Of a stretch of 64,000 nt of DNA, positions 35,452-45,527 are shown in pieces (the first letter of the stretch is position 1; every line of letters begins with the position of its first letter). Under the pieces are notes generated by a model, which did no database searches, was not told the DNA's origin, and saw nothing but the letters and a program-made list of their open reading frames with translations. Position numbers and translations under genes: made by a program. Source of the stretch: an uncultured Phycisphaerales bacterium (GTDB taxonomy: Bacteria > Planctomycetota > Phycisphaerae > Sedimentisphaerales > Anaerobacaceae). The DNA is taken from NCBI GenBank assembly GCA_963772725.1, contig CAVYYI010000003.1:704001-768000 (forward strand), in the 5' to 3' direction.

Positions 35452-36165
35452 TTATTCTGCCTGCTGGATTCTGTGTTCTTCTTTAAACCAAATGTAATAA
35501 AAAGGCCTGTGCGTAAGCCTGCTCAGCACAAATCTTGTCCGTTCAATGCCCGCTTTCGCGACGCTGCTTTTGCCGTAACTCTGCAAAAAACGTCTTATCT
35601 CCGGCTCAATAAAATCCCGCCTTGCCGTGTCCAGTTCTTCAATCCGCCGATGAACATCCGTGGTATCGTGTAATTCATCTCGCTCGATGCCGACCGCACT
35701 TAAGGCCTCAATCAGCCTGGCAGACCGTAACGGCGTACCCCCCTCGTACGCCGTCATACCGGCCTTTTCAAAAAATGGATTGACCTGCCCCATCACCGCC
35801 ATCGCCTCAACTATCGGCACATTCAACAGCGCCATCGTCTCACGCACCAGCCGCACCGCCAAACCCAGCCCGCGATAACGCGGCTCGATTATCACCCGCG
35901 AAATACACCGGATATTTTTATTGATAACCGCCATCTGCGTCCGCCTGTCCAGCCCGCTGAACATCCCGCCGGTTGCCGCTCCGCGAAGCTCCGCAGCCAA
36001 CACAGGCATCGTATAAATAATCACGCCGATGCCCGGCCTGATTGCGTATATCGCCGCCACAGGCCCGCAGTCGCTGTCTCTATAATGAAACCGCGACAGC
36101 CGTTTATAGTCCCCGATGTCGCCGCGGACAATCTCAAGTTTTCTGGCCACGCTGCACGTATGCAT
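35452..36165 (-). CDS. GNAT-fold acetyltransferase (phage type)
   Basis: FHYR, ISRVIIEPRYRGLGLA, AVMGQVNPFFEKAGM. Confidence 0.8.
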   Translation of the reverse strand: MHTCSVARKLEIVRGDIGDYKRLSRFHYRDSDCGPVAAIYAIRPGIGVIIYTMPVLAAELRGAATGGMFSGLDRRTQMAVINKNIRCISRVIIEPRYRGLGLAVRLVRETMALLNVPIVEAMAVMGQVNPFFEKAGMTAYEGGTPLRSARLIEALSAVGIERDELHDTTDVHRRIEELDTARRDFIEPEIRRFLQSYGKSSVAKAGIERTRFVLSRLTHRPFYYIWFKEEHRIQQAE

Positions 36166-36187
36166 CTTTTGTCTTTCGATTTATATT

Positions 36188-36358
36188 CTCAAACTGACCG
36201 ATTTTTGAGTAAAAAGCTGCATAACATTATATTAAACATAAAGTGATAGCTATTAAGCCATCGCTGCTTGTTTGTCATTCCCGCGAAAGCGGGAATCCAT
36301 TCTCTTAAAACTGGATACCTGCTTCCGCAGGTATGACAAGTCGAGTCGGTCAGTTTGA
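36188..36358. mobile_element. MITE-like element with internal REP doublet
   Basis: IRs TCAAACTGACCGA / TCGGTCAGTTTGA; internal ATTCCCGCGAAAGCGGGAAT and GGATACCTGCTTCCGCAGGTATGAC. Confidence 0.75.
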
Positions 36359-36399
36359 ATTATATTGATATTTCTTCGCGTCGAAGCTAATATAATCCT

Positions 36400-36873
36400 A
36401 TGAACATAAAGCCATCCATAAAACTTATAATCTCCTGCGGCCTGTGCTTAGCCTCCGGCCTGGTGGGCTCGCTTTTCACAGGCTCGGTTACTTCCTGGTA
36501 TCAAACTCTCAATAGGCCGCCATTTTCGCCGCCCGACTGGATTTTCGCTCCCGTCTGGACGACCCTCTATATCCTGATGGGCGTATCCGCGTTTCTCATC
36601 TGGCAAAAAGGCCTCGATAAACCCATCGTCCGAATTTCCCTGTCGATTTTCCTGACTCAGCTTGTCCTGAATATACTCTGGACTCCGCTTTTTTTCGGCC
36701 TGAAAATGCCGCTCCTGGCTTTGATAGAACTTCTTGCCCTTATCGCCGCGGTACTTCTGACCATATTTTATTTCAAAAAGCTTTCTAACCTCGCCGCCGG
36801 ACTGCTCATCCCTTATTTACTCTGGATTACGTTCGCCGCCGTTCTCAACGCCTCTATCTGCGTACTCAACTAA
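36400..36873 (+). CDS. tspO: TspO/MBR tryptophan-rich sensory protein
   Basis: WY..L.RPPFSPP.WIF.PVWT.LY.LMG, QL.LN..W..LFF, PYL.W..FA..LN. Confidence 0.95.
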   Translation: MNIKPSIKLIISCGLCLASGLVGSLFTGSVTSWYQTLNRPPFSPPDWIFAPVWTTLYILMGVSAFLIWQKGLDKPIVRISLSIFLTQLVLNILWTPLFFGLKMPLLALIELLALIAAVLLTIFYFKKLSNLAAGLLIPYLLWITFAAVLNASICVLN

Positions 36874-36877
36874 ACTT

Positions 36878-37525
36878 CTATATTCTGTGTCCTGTCTTAT
36901 AAATCACTTCCGTACCGCCGGACAGTTCCCTGCAAATCAATACATCCGGCTGCAAATCCGCTAAAATATCCTGATGACTCGACGCCAGCACAAAGGTCGT
37001 CTTATGCTTTTTCGCGAAACGATAAACGTTGTACGCAATCACACACGCCGTTATCCTGTCGAGGTTTGTGCCGAACTCATCAGCGAAAATATATTTCTTC
37101 CCCGCACTCATCGCCATCGCCAGGCGAAACCGGTACTTCTCCCCCTCGCTGAGATTGCAGGGCTGATTCAAAACACAGAATACATCATTGAGCCCCGCAA
37201 CGCTAAGCAGCCTTAAGCTCTCTAAAAATCCGCCTTCAACGCAGTCAATCACAGCCTTATCCGCAGGCAGCGCAATCTCATCGAGATTTATCCTTTCTTC
37301 AGTAGGCGTCGCCTTTTCTATCTCTCGCAGCAGCACACTCTTGCCCGCACCCGAAGGGCCGGTTATAAAAACAATGTCACCCGCCCCAGCCTCGAATCCG
37401 CATTTATGCTCGACGGCCCGACTCCTCAGTCGCTCAGCTGTTACCCCGAACATCCGCATCACCGCCGCCGCCTTGTCGCTTATCCGCCCATCCCACCCGA
37501 ACTTCTTGGCTACATCATATAACAT
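36878..37525 (-). CDS. stand-alone ABC-type ATPase
   Basis: Walker A GPSGAGKS, signature LSEGEKYR, Walker B IFADEF, H-switch SSH; no permease nearby. Confidence 0.9.
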   Translation of the reverse strand: MLYDVAKKFGWDGRISDKAAAVMRMFGVTAERLRSRAVEHKCGFEAGAGDIVFITGPSGAGKSVLLREIEKATPTEERINLDEIALPADKAVIDCVEGGFLESLRLLSVAGLNDVFCVLNQPCNLSEGEKYRFRLAMAMSAGKKYIFADEFGTNLDRITACVIAYNVYRFAKKHKTTFVLASSHQDILADLQPDVLICRELSGGTEVIYKTGHRI

Positions 37526-37551
37526 ATCAGTGTCATCCGTGTAATCCGCGA

Positions 37552-39463
37552 TTAAATTTTTTTCTGTATCCTTGCTGTTTGCGTACGGATTCTTCGTACC
37601 ATCTTGCCCGCCGCGTAATAACTAGTCGTCCCTGAAAAATAATTTAACTTTTTTGTATATAAAGGCTTGCAATTTAAAAATCTGGCATAAATTGCAAGGA
37701 AATGATATTTATTATTAATTTCCTTGCAAAACATGGAGGTTTTTATGCAGCCTAAACAACAAAGCAATTCCCAGTCAATGTTATTCACCTCGAAGCTGGA
37801 GCAGATACTAAACGAGCAGCATCCTTTATATAAACTGGCAAATATCATCATCTGGTCAGAGTTTGATGCCGCCTTCGGTAAACTCTATGATCCGGGCTTC
37901 GGCAGACCAGCCAAACCCACCCGCCTTATGGCAGGACTTCATTATCTCAAAAGCGCATATAATCTCAGCGATGAGTCTGTAGTTGAGAGATGGATAGAGA
38001 ATCCTTACTGGCAGTATTTTTGCGGAGAGCAATATTTTCAGCATGAATTTCCGATTGACCCAACCAGTATGACCAAATGGCGTAACCGGATTAAGGACGC
38101 TGGTATGGAAAAGCTGCTTGAGCAGACCATAAGCGCAGGCCTTAAAACCGGCACAGTTAAACCGCATCAGTTAAAAAAGATAGTAGTCGATACAACGGTG
38201 CAGGAAAAGGCGACAGCCTTTCCGACCGATGCACGTCTTTATCATAAGATGAGAGTAAAGCTTGTCAAAAAGGCACAGGATAATGACATAGAACTTCGGC
38301 AGAGTTATCAGAGGGTAGCCAAAAGGGCTTTTGTTATGCAGCACAGATTTTCACACGCCAGGCAGTTCAAAAAAGCGGATAAGCAATTAAGGAAACTAAA
38401 GACCTGTCTGGGAAGAGTTACAAGGGATATAGAGCGTAAGATATTGCAGAAGCCTCAATTGCAGCAGGAGTTTTCAGAATTGCTCGATATGTCCAGGAGG
38501 TTATTATCCCAGAAACGGGACAGCAGTAACAAGCTATACAGTATTCACGCGCCGGAGGTTAACTGCATAAGCAAGGGCAAGGCACACAAGAAGTATGAGT
38601 TTGGCTGTAAGGTGGCACTGGCGTCTCCCGCTCAAAACGCCTTTGTAGTCGCAGCGGTTGCTTTTGAAGGGAATCCATATGATGGACATACGTTAAAAGA
38701 TACACTCTCCCAGACGATGAAACTGCTGGATAAAAAAGGTTTTGAAGATGTTTATGTTGATGATGGGTACAAAGGTCATGGCTGTGGAGATATTGCGGAG
38801 GTTCATATCGTCAAAAGGGGCTGGCGAAAGCTGCCGAGAAGTATTCGAAAGTGGTACAGCAGGCGAAGTATGATTGAGCCTGTGATAGGACATTGTAAAT
38901 CTGATAACGGTCTGGACAGAAACTACCTCAAGGGCGTCGAAGGCGATAAGGTTAATGCGATATTGAGTGCTTGCGGGTTTAATATCCGCAAGTTGCTGCG
39001 GAAAATTATTTTTTGGCTTTGCCGGTTTATTCAAAATTTGGGGCTGTCGGCAGAATTTGCCCAGCTTACATATGCCGCCTGAAACTGAAATCTACTTTTT
39101 CAGGGACGACTAACTAATCCCGTATCTTCCCGCGAGTGTCTTTATCGACAATCCCCGCAGAAAATAATCCCGCGCTATTCTCAGTTCCATCGCGCTGAAC
39201 TTAGCCCTGTTTACAAGACAGATATTATATTTCCCTTCGAAAAACCGCCCAATCGCCCTGCGTATCCGCCTGGACACGGTCGTTTCAGCGATACCCGAGA
39301 GTACCGCCATCTGATAAAAACTCGTCCCTTTGCTCAGATAAAGTTCCATAAGCACCCTGTCTCTGCCGCTAAGCAGCTTAGCGTTCTTTGCCAAAAGCTC
39401 CGTTCCATAACGCTCATCCGCATGGGCCTGATTATCCAAAACATCAGCACCTAACCTTTTCAC
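37552..39463 (-). pseudogene. double-HTH (sigma region 4-like) regulator split by IS5
   Basis: Removing the IS joins ..RYGIS-YYAAGKMVRRI.. in frame; LSGRDRVLMELYL...ETTVSRRIRR. Confidence 0.75.
37625..39110 (+). mobile_element. IS5-family element with intact transposase (37745-39082)
   Basis: IRs GTCGTCCCTGAAAAA; TSD TAACTA (37619-37624, 39111-39116); LSDE...ENPYWQYFCG, VDTTVQEK, KGKAHKKYEFG, RS.IEPVIGH.K. Confidence 0.95.
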
Positions 39464-40166
39464 CTCTTAGCCCCCTCATAATACTTAATGTTATATAATC
39501 ATTTAACAATAGCAGTATTTTAACATAATACAATACAAATAGCAAGCTTTTTTTGTGAAAATAAGTAAAATATTTTAAAATGTTTAATAAAAATCTAACT
39601 TTTAGCTCGCAATTTCTTGTGTTTAATCAAAAATCAAACAATAAGATTGCTTGTAGTCCAATAACATAAATATAATTTTCCCTAACCCATTTACATTACA
39701 GGACTTAGAATTGCTCTGCTTAAATTTGTTTTTTTACATTGAAACGAGGGAGGCTTTTTGTAGTATTATAAAAACTATCGGCTAACCGCCTACGACTAAT
39801 TTGCCGCTGGACAATGCAAAAAATATTTTCGATTGCCGATTTTCGATTTGCGATTTATTTTAACTACGAATGAACCCCAGTGAGATAACGAAAGGCGTAT
39901 CTCACGGGGTAAACACGAAGAAATTTTGACAGGATATACGGGATTAAACTGGATATTCTTAGACACGGATTTTAAAAGATGCAAGACACAGGACACAAGA
40001 AAAAGCAAAAATAGCTTATGGCGCAATCGAAAGATTTCCAGGTGGACGAAAGGGAAACGAAAGTGTAAAATTATAATATGGTTCTTGAGATGGAAAAAGT
40101 TATAAGGAGTATGGCTAAAAATGGGGATTAATGAGTATGGCGTCATCAGATTATCGCAAATTAGGA

Positions 40167-41117
40167 ATGGGAAAGCGGATTTTGTTTTATGCATTTATTT
40201 TAAATGTATTTGTCAATTGTGCTTGTTATTGTGAAACACCTGACTCAATTCAAATCAGTGTTTCAAAATCACAATTTAAAATAGGTGAACCTGTTATCGT
40301 AAGAATAGATGCCAAATTCCTTCAACCCAATATTTCGAAAACTGGCAAAGTATTAAACTCGAAAGAATTCGATGGATTTAGTCTGCAAATCAAAGAGGCA
40401 GATTCAAATGATGTCTTTACAATCTACAGGATATTGCCACGAAGACTATTTCTCGACGATGAATCAGGGTTACAATATAGCGAAAGCTTTATACTTTTTT
40501 ATGATTATAAGGCCAGGAAAATTATTTTTAATAAACCTTCGGCCTATGATATTAAATTGAAGGGCGAGACCAAATGTTCGAATATTCTTAGAATTACTAT
40601 TGACTCATCAGATCCTGACGAAAAAGCATTAGCGATATTAACAGAACCAAACGACTTTGCATTTTTAATGGTTGGCCTTTATAAGAATGATATAGCGGTT
40701 GATCATCTTGAACAAGTTGTTAAGCAGTGTGATGGAACAATATTAGCAACATGGTCGGCTGGGCGTTTGGGACTTGAATATTTTAATCAATTTCAGGAAC
40801 AGCATCCCAGTTATAAGACAGCAATAGAACATTTAAAAACGCCTGAACCGCACCTAAAGAAGGTTTTCCTTTACCTCAATAAAGCAGTGACGCTGCCTGA
40901 TGAATTTTCAATAAGGGCGGAAATTATTGAAAAACTTGTTAGTATAGAATTCATAAAGGGGAATTATGAAAAGGTAAATTTGTTGATTGATGAGGCGGCG
41001 CAGAAGTATCCGCACAGCGAGATTGGCAAAAATAGCCAGAAAGTGAAAGAGGAATTTAGAAGGGCGAGAGAAAAAGAGATACAAGAAATAAACAAACCTG
41101 CTGATGGACGGGAATGA
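40167..41117 (+). CDS. secreted hypothetical protein with a TPR-like C-terminus
   Basis: Hydrophobic N-terminus, AT-rich; start uncertain. Confidence 0.6.
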   Translation: MGKRILFYAFILNVFVNCACYCETPDSIQISVSKSQFKIGEPVIVRIDAKFLQPNISKTGKVLNSKEFDGFSLQIKEADSNDVFTIYRILPRRLFLDDESGLQYSESFILFYDYKARKIIFNKPSAYDIKLKGETKCSNILRITIDSSDPDEKALAILTEPNDFAFLMVGLYKNDIAVDHLEQVVKQCDGTILATWSAGRLGLEYFNQFQEQHPSYKTAIEHLKTPEPHLKKVFLYLNKAVTLPDEFSIRAEIIEKLVSIEFIKGNYEKVNLLIDEAAQKYPHSEIGKNSQKVKEEFRRAREKEIQEINKPADGRE

Positions 41118-41295
41118 AATGGGAGGGTAAAATTATAAGGCGGTTTTTGAGTGGGAAAAAATTATATGGAGTACGGCTAAAGATAGAGATTAATATTCTG
41201 AATAGGCAGGCTGAGGAAGAAAAGTAAAATGGTAATCTTGATAACAAAAAACGGTTGCTGTCCCCATTATTCAGATGAATTGGAGTGTTTTTAGT

Positions 41296-41616
41296 ATGGA
41301 AGAAAAATGTAAGAGAAATATTATTCGGTGGTTGGTGATGATTGCTGCAATGTTTCTTATACTGCCGGCTGTCTCTTTTTTAACGCTTGCACTTCTTGGT
41401 TGGCTTGTGGATTTGTACTCTCTATTGATTTTTGTATTTATGGGAGTAAGTCCGGTGATAGTAGGGGTCTATATAGCTTTGGCCGTATGGCTTGCAAAAA
41501 GAAAATACAATGTAATATTTAAAGTTGCAGTTTTTCTTATAACCTTAGCTATTCTTCTGTCGTTTATATATTTTGCCATTGGTTCCTTTTGGGTACTTAC
41601 CAATTTGCGCATGTGA
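41296..41616 (+). CDS. small 3-TM membrane protein
   Basis: Three hydrophobic segments. Confidence 0.55.
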   Translation: MEEKCKRNIIRWLVMIAAMFLILPAVSFLTLALLGWLVDLYSLLIFVFMGVSPVIVGVYIALAVWLAKRKYNVIFKVAVFLITLAILLSFIYFAIGSFWVLTNLRM

Positions 41617-41910
41617 GATGATATTATTTAGGGAATAATGGGGACAGCCACCTATTTATAGGCATTTTAGATTTTGGATTGTGAAATTGCTGAAGATATA
41701 ATTTGCCACTGGACAAGGTTCGTATGCGAGGTAAAATATGGTGAGGTTTTTGAGCGAAGAATAATTATATGTCGTGCGGCTGAGAATCAAGGGAAATAAT
41801 TATGCTTTCCACAGATATGTGAGAAGAAGATAAAAATAAACTGTGGGGTTGTGACCCCACCCTACAAAACTGCCAAACCAGAATCCAGTTAAATAATAAA
41901 AGAGCTAACT

Positions 41911-42243
41911 TCATTGATTCATCATTGTATTGACAGCCTGCTTCAAAGAAGGAATTTCTTTTTCAATGATATTCCAGACTGTCTCAACATCAACACCAAG
42001 GTAATCGTGAACAAGAATGTTGCGGAAACCGGCGATTTTATACCAATCTATTTGCGGCTGAGCTTGTTTTACATGCTCAGAGAGACGCTGAGTAGATTCC
42101 GCCATGATTTGTAAATTACGTAATACCGCATCCTGCACAAGGTTCGAAACCGCAAACTCATCCTTGTTCATCCGCTCCACATAAGATTCTATCCGCTCGA
42201 TGCATTCGGAGATATGAATCAGATACAGCTTATCATCTTTCAT
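41911..42243 (-). CDS. HEPN (DUF86) ribonuclease toxin
   Basis: RNILVHDY (Rx4H) motif. Confidence 0.9.
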   Translation of the reverse strand: MKDDKLYLIHISECIERIESYVERMNKDEFAVSNLVQDAVLRNLQIMAESTQRLSEHVKQAQPQIDWYKIAGFRNILVHDYLGVDVETVWNIIEKEIPSLKQAVNTMMNQ

Positions 42244-42527
42244 ATTGGTTTTGCTTCCTTGATAACCTTATCTCGTATGTACCAATGAAGACCCTTTTCA
42301 GTTACAATATCAACCCTGCGATGCAGCAGTTCCTGCAAATCCATCAATAGTCCGCCAAGGTCAAATAAAGAACGGCCCGGTTCTAATTCGACAAGAAAAT
42401 CCACATCACTGCTGGCGTCTGCTTCCCCCCTCGCCACAGAGCCGAAAACACGGACGTCAGATGCACCGTATTTGGCCGCGAGAGCGAGGATTTCTTTTTT
42501 CCGTTTTTGTATTTCTTCTATTCCCAT
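42240..42527 (-). CDS. minimal nucleotidyltransferase (MNT) antitoxin
   Basis: VFGSVARGE...SDVDFLV; ATGA overlap with the HEPN gene. Confidence 0.92.
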   Translation of the reverse strand: MGIEEIQKRKKEILALAAKYGASDVRVFGSVARGEADASSDVDFLVELEPGRSLFDLGGLLMDLQELLHRRVDIVTEKGLHWYIRDKVIKEAKPI

Positions 42528-42615
42528 ATAGCGGAACTTTTCCTTTCACAAATTAGTGTAAATCCTGCGTTAATCGCTGTCAAACCAAAACTTATTAAGC
42601 TGACGCAATTTTGCT

Positions 42616-42643
42616 TTGAACAAAACGGTTAAAACGCTATAAT
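42616..42643 (+). promoter_or_regulatory. tmRNA promoter
   Basis: TTGAAC-16-TATAAT. Confidence 0.6.
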
Positions 42644-42692
42644 ATAAACAGCGTGGGATAAGATACCGCTAATGCTTTTTGAAAAGTTAAAA

Positions 42693-43047
42693 GGGGGCGA
42701 ATGGCTTCGACCGGACTGTCGATTGCCAGGTCGCATGTCCAGGACGTCGGTTGGCCTGGCTAATCATTCCGACACTAAAACTTAATTGGCAACTACCAGT
42801 TGCAAATGGCTGCTTAATTAGCAACCCGTCCTGCCTGCCTGTGCCTGCGGGGCCGGCATGGGCGTAACGAAGTGGGCTGGCACAGATTGTTTTTTCGGGC
42901 CATCTGTGCGAGACTTATCCGAAATAGCTGAGATTTGAGCCTGTCGTTTGGCGCTTTTCGACGCGAAACTTAAAAATTAAGCGACTAAACATGTAGATGC
43001 CTGTCATGAAGCGTCACGGGACGGGGGTTCGAATCCCCCCGCCTCCA
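42693..43047 (+). ncRNA. ssrA: tmRNA
   Basis: 5' GGGGGCGAATGGCTTCGAC; 3' GGGTTCGAATCCCCCCGCCTCCA with G.U acceptor pair; tag (A)GNYQLQMAA* at 42788-42817. Confidence 0.95.
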
Positions 43048-43288
43048 GTCTTCGTTCAGAGCGAAAGCGATGAACCAAGACTGTCACGCCGTAGCTTTAG
43101 CGAAGGCGGACTTAGTTTAAATAGTTTTAAAGGCTCTGAACTGCGACTCGGCAGGCCAGTTAGCAATAGCATTTGTCAATACCTCTTGTGTTCCGGCCTT
43201 GAGCGTTCTCAGAAATGATAAAATAATGTAATATAAATTGCGGCATGAATAAGCTTAAACTTGAGAAAAATCGCATTTTCACTGTTAA

Positions 43289-44794
43289 TTATGGTGCTTT
43301 TTGAATGACATCTTGAATTTTATGTATTTCTTCATCGGTTAACTCCGCAAAATAGGACTTTCTTTTTTTCGGAGAGAGGATGCCATTATTCTGCAAACAA
43401 AACCTGATAAATAAATCAATTCTCTGGTCCGGCATATCAACGATTTCCTGAATCGCGCGTTTGGTTGCATCATAGTTTTTCAGGAAGTTTAGTTCTTCAA
43501 CCAGTTCTTTTTCAATGGTTGTTTGGATGAAATCAAAAAGCGATTCTGCTATTGCGGTCATATCCGGATAGCGATAATGAACGGATGTCTGATTGTTGAC
43601 CTTCATCTGTCCATCCTCACTGAGCGTAAAATCAATCAAGCGAATCAATGGTTTTGAAAAGGTTTCCAGAGCTGCATCGTAAGCATCCAAATTATTCAGC
43701 ATAGCCGCTGAAATCGGAAATATAAGTCCCGCGGGCGTGAACCTTCGGCGCGCAAGTATGTTGTGAATCAAAAATCTGTGAATTCGGCCGTTGCCATCCC
43801 CAAACGGATGCATAAAAACAAAGCCGAACGCAATAGCCGCCGCATGGACTACCGGATGTACCTGGGAACTATCCATTCTCTGATGTGATAGAATCAGGCC
43901 TTCCATTAAATCATTGATATCCTCCGGTTGCGGTGGGATAAAATGAATTTTCTCCTGCTGCCAGGCAACCGTTTCGCCAACATAATTTTGGTTGCTTCGG
44001 TAGTCTTTATCTGCGTAACGCGGATCGACGATGCGGTTCTGTAAGTCAACCAGTGACTCTTTGTTGACAAAATCAGCCTTTTCCGCAATCTGCAGGAGCG
44101 AAGTAAATCGCTCTGTTCGGCTTACATTAGGTGTAATATGTTCAATGGCGAATGAGGACTTTGTTTCCTTAGTGTACAAATAACTGACGGCACGCTTTAG
44201 AAGCTCGGCAGGATAGCTGGCTAAAATATTGCGGCATTTAGCATTAAGATTAGAATCCTCAAATCTACATATTGTCTCGGTTCTGCGAATGATAGGGCAA
44301 AATTGTGGATTACCCAGCAGATTGTTCCTGATGCGTTGGCGGCGAATCATCTCTTCCTCAGTGGTGTAGTATTTATTTTTATCTACAAGGTCGATGTAAT
44401 TGCCCTTTGTAAGATCAGCAATTTCCAATTGCTTGCCAGTTATCCATTCGAAAAGATACCAAATTCTGCGGGTATATTGGCCTTGTGGTTTGGATGTAAT
44501 CCATGTGGCAAGCTCCTCGATTTTAACCTTATTGAAGACCTCAGATAGAATTTCCAGATTTATCCCATCGTATTTCAATGCAAATTCGAGATGGTCAAGT
44601 CGTACACTGCCGGGCCAGTAGGAATTAGGGAATATTTCAAGAATGCGGCCATCAGTCTTGACGATTTTTTGAAGCCGGGAACCGCCAACCTCGGACATAT
44701 GCCAATGAGGCAATACCTGAAGATCGAATTGGTGGGTAATAAACGAGTATCCAGCCAATCTGTTTGCCTCTGATTTTACAGAGTTCTTTGCCAT
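43289..44794 (-). CDS. Fic-domain protein
   Basis: HPFGDGNGRIHR; likely start MAKNSV. Confidence 0.92.
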   Translation of the reverse strand: MAKNSVKSEANRLAGYSFITHQFDLQVLPHWHMSEVGGSRLQKIVKTDGRILEIFPNSYWPGSVRLDHLEFALKYDGINLEILSEVFNKVKIEELATWITSKPQGQYTRRIWYLFEWITGKQLEIADLTKGNYIDLVDKNKYYTTEEEMIRRQRIRNNLLGNPQFCPIIRRTETICRFEDSNLNAKCRNILASYPAELLKRAVSYLYTKETKSSFAIEHITPNVSRTERFTSLLQIAEKADFVNKESLVDLQNRIVDPRYADKDYRSNQNYVGETVAWQQEKIHFIPPQPEDINDLMEGLILSHQRMDSSQVHPVVHAAAIAFGFVFMHPFGDGNGRIHRFLIHNILARRRFTPAGLIFPISAAMLNNLDAYDAALETFSKPLIRLIDFTLSEDGQMKVNNQTSVHYRYPDMTAIAESLFDFIQTTIEKELVEELNFLKNYDATKRAIQEIVDMPDQRIDLFIRFCLQNNGILSPKKRKSYFAELTDEEIHKIQDVIQKAP

Positions 44795-45299
44795 ATCTGA
44801 CTTCCTATGAAAAACAATTACGTAATCAAAATTATACTTACATATCGGCAATTTTGAAGAAAAATACTTACAAAAATTCCCAAGATGATTAAATTGCTTA
44901 TTTTTACTTAAAAAATACAAAAAACTATTACAGATGTTCAAAATCGCAACAAAATCACCTTTTTTTACTCGAAAAAAGGTTGCTATGCGGCACGGGTCTG
45001 AATCAGTGCCCCAATCACCGACTTTATATGGTCGGGCAGTTTTGGAGATATCGATTAAATTGGTGGGTTCAGGATGGCTTTGCAGCAGAAACGCTAAGAT
45101 GGACGGCATGCAGGTTACCTGTTAAGTCAATGTATAGTGAAGCATTTTCAACAGAGCGGCAAACGATAAATCGTGAACTGCAAATGAAAAATGTAGCCGC
45201 GAGAAAAAAATCCTTAATAGCTGGCAATTTACATGCTTACGCAGGTATGACAACCTGAATCGCTATGTTTGAACGGTATTACAAATCCCAAAATTTTTC

Positions 45300-45497
45300 A
45301 CCGCGGAGTTCCCTTCGACTTCGCTCAGGGTAGTCGCAGAGGTAATTTTTAACCACGAATTCACACGAATTAACACAAATTTTAAAAAAATGTCGACAAT
45401 CTTTTCCATTAGTGTCTATTCGTGTTTATTCGTGGTTAATTTCTTTCTTTCAGTTAAATCGGGTTTTTCTCTGCGACCTCCGCGTCCTCCGTGGTTA
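45300..45497. repeat. nested palindromic repeat elements
   Basis: Outer ACCGCGGAG..GTCGCAGAG / CTCTGCGAC..CTCCGTGGT; inner TTAACCACGAAT / ATTCGTGGTTAA. Confidence 0.7.
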
Positions 45498-45527
45498 ATG
45501 AATTATGCGGGCTAAAGCCGATACTTA

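Noticed and set aside
42997..43218. 73-aa ORF, and similar short ORFs over tRNA-Tyr and antisense to long genes
   Set aside because: They overlap RNA genes or shadow real CDSs
42693..45500. Prophage or island integrated at tmRNA
   Set aside because: No integrase and no duplicated tmRNA 3' end seen in the window
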